Shown: positions 16,879 through 20,000 of the stretch, in pieces
Layout of the letters: each line of letters starts with the position of its first letter
Position numbering within the stretch: the stretch's first letter is position 1
IMG/VR virus record: IMGVR_UViG_3300022200_004366
Length of the DNA: 20,000 bases
Strand: one strand, 5' to 3'
From: an uncultured virus (IMG/VR IMGVR_UViG_3300022200_004366)
Lineage: Duplodnaviria > Heunggongvirae > Uroviricota > Caudoviricetes
The notes under the pieces: generated by a model
What the model saw: the letters and a program-made list of their open reading frames with translations, nothing else
Databases searched by the model: none
Told to the model about the DNA's origin: nothing
Program-made: the position numbers and the translations under genes

Positions 16879-17776
16879 TTTAAATAATATTAAGGTACTT
16901 CATCTAGAACCAACAACAGTATGTAATGCTGCGTGTCCGCAATGCGCAAGGGAGAACCCTGCTTTATACAATAATTCTTTAAATAGTTCAACATTAACTG
17001 TTAAGCAAATTGAAGATATATTATCCGTTAATTTTGTCAAAAATTTAGAGAAAATGTTTATGTGTGGAACATTTGGAGATCCCGCTGCATCAAATGAAAC
17101 CATTAACATCTATAAACACTTTAGAGGATTAAATCCTACTATTACATTAGGTATGAATACCAATGGTGGAATCCAAAATACCGCCTGGTGGAGTGAACTT
17201 GGAGCAATATTTCATCGAGATCATGATTATTGTGTTTTTTCAATTGATGGGCTTGAAGATACAAATCATATCTATAGAAAGAACGTTAAATTTTCTAAAG
17301 TAATTAACAATGCCAGATCGTTCATTGACGCAGGTGGGCAAGCACATTGGGATATGTTAGTGTTTAAACATAACCAACATCAAGTCGACGAAATTAAAGA
17401 GTTAGCAAAAAAGTTAGGATTTAAATGGTTTAGAACCAAAATTAGTAGACGCTTTAACATGTTTCCTGTAAGTAACTTACTACCGCCAGATAATTATACT
17501 TCAACTACAACAAAAGGACAAGTTATAAAATGTTACGCTAAGGACATAGAAAATAGTGCTTACATAGCAGCAAATGGAGAAATTTTGCCTTGCTGTTGGT
17601 TTGGTGCTCATGTCTTTAATTTAGATGACTATGCTAAACAATTATTATCTAATTGGAACAATCTTGAAAATAGTTGGGCTACAAATCCTCATAAAATATG
17701 TCAAGAAACCTGCTCAGTTAAGAATAATGGCAATACATTTACTAATCAATGGACAACCAACGAACAATTAAATTAA
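16871..17776 (+). CDS. Radical SAM protein with a C-terminal twitch/SPASM-like domain
   Basis: Likely start is the ATG at 16871 (8-bp overlap with the gp46 stop). Motifs CNAACPQC, CGTFGDP, NTNG and FSIDG. C-terminal C...YIAANGEILPCC...CQETC. Confidence 0.9.
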   Translation: MFDLNNIKVLHLEPTTVCNAACPQCARENPALYNNSLNSSTLTVKQIEDILSVNFVKNLEKMFMCGTFGDPAASNETINIYKHFRGLNPTITLGMNTNGGIQNTAWWSELGAIFHRDHDYCVFSIDGLEDTNHIYRKNVKFSKVINNARSFIDAGGQAHWDMLVFKHNQHQVDEIKELAKKLGFKWFRTKISRRFNMFPVSNLLPPDNYTSTTTKGQVIKCYAKDIENSAYIAANGEILPCCWFGAHVFNLDDYAKQLLSNWNNLENSWATNPHKICQETCSVKNNGNTFTNQWTTNEQLN

Positions 17777-19524
17777 TGTTTACTTTAGAAAATATTGACG
17801 AATACCAACTCGAAATTACTAGCTATTGTAATGCTGACTGTCCACAATGTCCGAGAAACATTAACGGTGGTATCCGTAATCCGTATCTTAGACAAGAACA
17901 TTTAAGCCGCAAAACAATTGATCAGACATTTACTATTGAAATTCTTACGAATGTAAGACAAATATTCTTCTGTGGTAGTTACGGTGATCCTATTATGCAC
18001 CCTGAGTTTTTAGGTATTCTTGAAGACTTCCGTCGTAAGAATCCAACCGTTTGGTTGTATATACATACAAACGGTTCCGCACACAACACAGATTATTGGA
18101 CTAAAATAGCAAACATTATAAACGGGTATGGTAGAATTGATTTTAATGTTGACGGACTTGCGGATACTAATCCATTATATAGAACCCATACAGATTTTGA
18201 TAAAATAATGGCCAACGCTCAGGCATTTATTCGTGCCGGAGGCTGGGCCGAGTGGAATTATATTGTTTATAAGCACAATGAGCATCAGGTTAATGATGCG
18301 CAAATGCTTTCTAATCTACTAGGGTTTCGCGCTTTTAATCCAAGAAGTACTGGTAGATTTTTTGATCATGCTACTTGTACAGAACATGATAAATGGCCAG
18401 TATTTGATAAAAATGGCAATACTGAATATTATCTAGAAGTGCCTAGCAGCATTGAATTTAGAAATCAAAGTATGTTGTATCTTTCAAAATTAAAAGAATC
18501 ATACGGCACTTTTGAAAATTACTTCAACCAAACAGAAATCAAATGCGATTGTCAAATTAAAAATTTAGACAAGACTAAAGTTCTAATTAACTCGCATGGT
18601 TGGGTAATGCCATGCAACTTCTTTAACCATAATCTAGAAGACGCAAGATTTTATGACCACACTATTATGCCTGGAAGCAACAAATTAAGTTTTTTGTCAA
18701 ACGGCAAAAACCAAATACAAGATTTATTCGAAAGGCACCTGGCAGAAACAGAACTAAACATTAATCATCGCCCACTAACCAAAATTTTTAACAACAACTT
18801 TTGGAAAGAAGTCGAACAAAGCTGGAATAAAGAGCTAGGCAAAGGACGTATTTTTGAATGTGCCATGACTTGCGGAAGTAAATTAACTAAAGTCTGGGAT
18901 CAAACTAAGATGACTACTAAAAAATATTTAATTACTGGTGCTAACCACGGGTTAGGTTTAGAACTTGCAAAACATTTTAGGGGAATTAATGTATCTAGAA
19001 CTGCTGACGCAAACAGTATTCAAGCAGACATTACTAACGCAGATGATATTAAACGTATCGCAGAACAAAGTCTAAATTATGACGTGTTTATTAATAATGC
19101 GTTTGACGGACCAGCTGGTGAGCCATGGGCTAATTTTGCTCAAGTAAATGTTTTAATTGCTGTGTATGACGCATGGTTAGCAGCAGGAAAGTCAGGATAC
19201 ATTATCAATATTGGCAGTATTGGCGAAAAAGACATTGTAGCGCCTGATCCTAGCTTTGAACGTTATCGTATTCCAAAAGCTGCTTTATCGCATGCAAGTA
19301 AGCAATGTACAAGATCATTTAAACAAAATAAAGTAAAATTTAAAACCAGTTTATTATCAATCGATCGTGTAGATTTACCTCATATTAGAGAGCGGGCAAG
19401 CTGGACAGGAAACGGATTAGATCCGCAGGATGTAATTCGCGCTATTGAATACATATTAGGTAGTCAAGCGAATACATGTATTGAAGAAATTACTGCGTGG
19501 GTAAATTACAATTTTGAGCAGTAA
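17776..19524 (+). CDS. Radical SAM (twitch/SPASM-like) protein fused to a short-chain dehydrogenase/reductase domain
   Basis: Likely start is the ATG at 17776 (TAATG overlap). Radical SAM part: CNADCPQC, CGSYGDP, HTNG, FNVDG, then C...INSHGWVMPC...CAMTC. From 18910 in the same frame, SDR motifs ITGANHGLG (TGxxxGxG), INNA, INIGS and YRIPK (YxxxK). Confidence 0.88.
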   Translation: MFTLENIDEYQLEITSYCNADCPQCPRNINGGIRNPYLRQEHLSRKTIDQTFTIEILTNVRQIFFCGSYGDPIMHPEFLGILEDFRRKNPTVWLYIHTNGSAHNTDYWTKIANIINGYGRIDFNVDGLADTNPLYRTHTDFDKIMANAQAFIRAGGWAEWNYIVYKHNEHQVNDAQMLSNLLGFRAFNPRSTGRFFDHATCTEHDKWPVFDKNGNTEYYLEVPSSIEFRNQSMLYLSKLKESYGTFENYFNQTEIKCDCQIKNLDKTKVLINSHGWVMPCNFFNHNLEDARFYDHTIMPGSNKLSFLSNGKNQIQDLFERHLAETELNINHRPLTKIFNNNFWKEVEQSWNKELGKGRIFECAMTCGSKLTKVWDQTKMTTKKYLITGANHGLGLELAKHFRGINVSRTADANSIQADITNADDIKRIAEQSLNYDVFINNAFDGPAGEPWANFAQVNVLIAVYDAWLAAGKSGYIINIGSIGEKDIVAPDPSFERYRIPKAALSHASKQCTRSFKQNKVKFKTSLLSIDRVDLPHIRERASWTGNGLDPQDVIRAIEYILGSQANTCIEEITAWVNYNFEQ

Positions 19525-19560
19525 TTTATTACGAATATATTACAAGGTATAAGTAAGCAC

Positions 19561-20000
19561 GTGCCAAGTCCACAGAAAGCCAAAGGTAGTAGTTGGGAAA
19601 GAGATGTTGCTAGGCAACTTTCAGAAATTTACAACGAAACCTTTATTAGAGTTCCGGGATCTGGTGCGTATGTGGGCGGCTTAAACGCTGCTCGCAAAGA
19701 GTTTTTACACGAAGGCACTATACGAGTGCTTAAAGGGGACATTGTTCCTCCGTTAAGTTTTCCTCGTTTTAATGCTGAGTGTAAAAGTTATAAAGAATTT
19801 CCGTGGCATCAACTATACTCAGGCGACTGCAAAGTTCTTGACGGTTGGATAACTCAGTGCCTAGATGCTGCGGACGAAGGCGACGTGAATTTATTATTCA
19901 TGAAGTTCAACCGTATTGGCACATTTTTGGCATTTGAACAGGCATATCAAGATAAATTTTTAACACCAAGTTACACATATTATTCAGGCAAAAACTTAGG
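19561..20000 (+). CDS. Holliday junction resolvase-like PD-(D/E)XK nuclease (Hjc type), 3' end outside the window
   Basis: Not in the ORF track; translated by hand from the GTG at 19561: MPSPQKAKGSSWERDVARQLSEIYNETFIRVPGSGAYVGG...KGDIVPP...FNAECKSY. The 'KG...ER', 'SG', 'GDI' and 'ECK' motifs are Hjc-like. Open to the window edge. Confidence 0.8.
   Translation, partial: MPSPQKAKGSSWERDVARQLSEIYNETFIRVPGSGAYVGGLNAARKEFLHEGTIRVLKGDIVPPLSFPRFNAECKSYKEFPWHQLYSGDCKVLDGWITQCLDAADEGDVNLLFMKFNRIGTFLAFEQAYQDKFLTPSYTYYSGKNL

Noticed and set aside
226..17109. Other short ORFs (60-127 aa) in the track that overlap the main genes
   Set aside because: All are nested in or antisense to well-supported genes, with no motifs or translation signals.
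15079..17775. ORF-track starts at 15079, 16832 and 17749
   Set aside because: They create long overlaps with upstream genes. The ATGs at 15121, 16871 and 17776 give typical short overlaps and begin at the family N-terminal motifs.
1..20000. Possible stop-codon reassignment (none of the 12 complete genes ends in TAG)
   Set aside because: Genes are full length and tightly packed under code 11 with no in-frame TAG or TGA interruptions. TAA bias is expected in AT-rich DNA.
1..20000. tRNA, rRNA, structured ncRNA or intrinsic terminators
   Set aside because: Intergenic gaps are at most about 120 bp, and I saw no cloverleaf or convincing GC hairpin followed by a U-tract. This was not checked computationally.

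Overview
The window is from a large T4-like (myovirus/jumbo-type) bacteriophage genome, read in the standard genetic code, with two divergent gene blocks. Left block (minus strand, 11611 to <1): a contractile-tail baseplate module encoding a tube-initiator/gp48-gp54-like protein with a long repeat-rich N-terminal extension, a gp53-like LysM wedge protein, a large hub-like protein, a gp5/VgrG-like spike, a Gly-rich protein with a lysozyme-like segment, gp25, and a gp6-like wedge that runs off the left edge. Right block (plus strand, 11735 to >20000): gp55-like late sigma factor, gp47 (Mre11/SbcD) nuclease, gp46 (Rad50/SbcC) ATPase and an Hjc-type resolvase. Three radical SAM genes with twitch/SPASM-like domains are interleaved in this block with overlapping start/stop codons, and one is fused to a complete short-chain dehydrogenase (SDR). 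The most notable observations are this radical SAM/SDR cluster, a 28-bp bipartite motif (25/28 identical) upstream of two late genes, and four C-X13-C repeats in the tube-initiator-like protein. All assignments come from motif recognition by eye; no searches were run.
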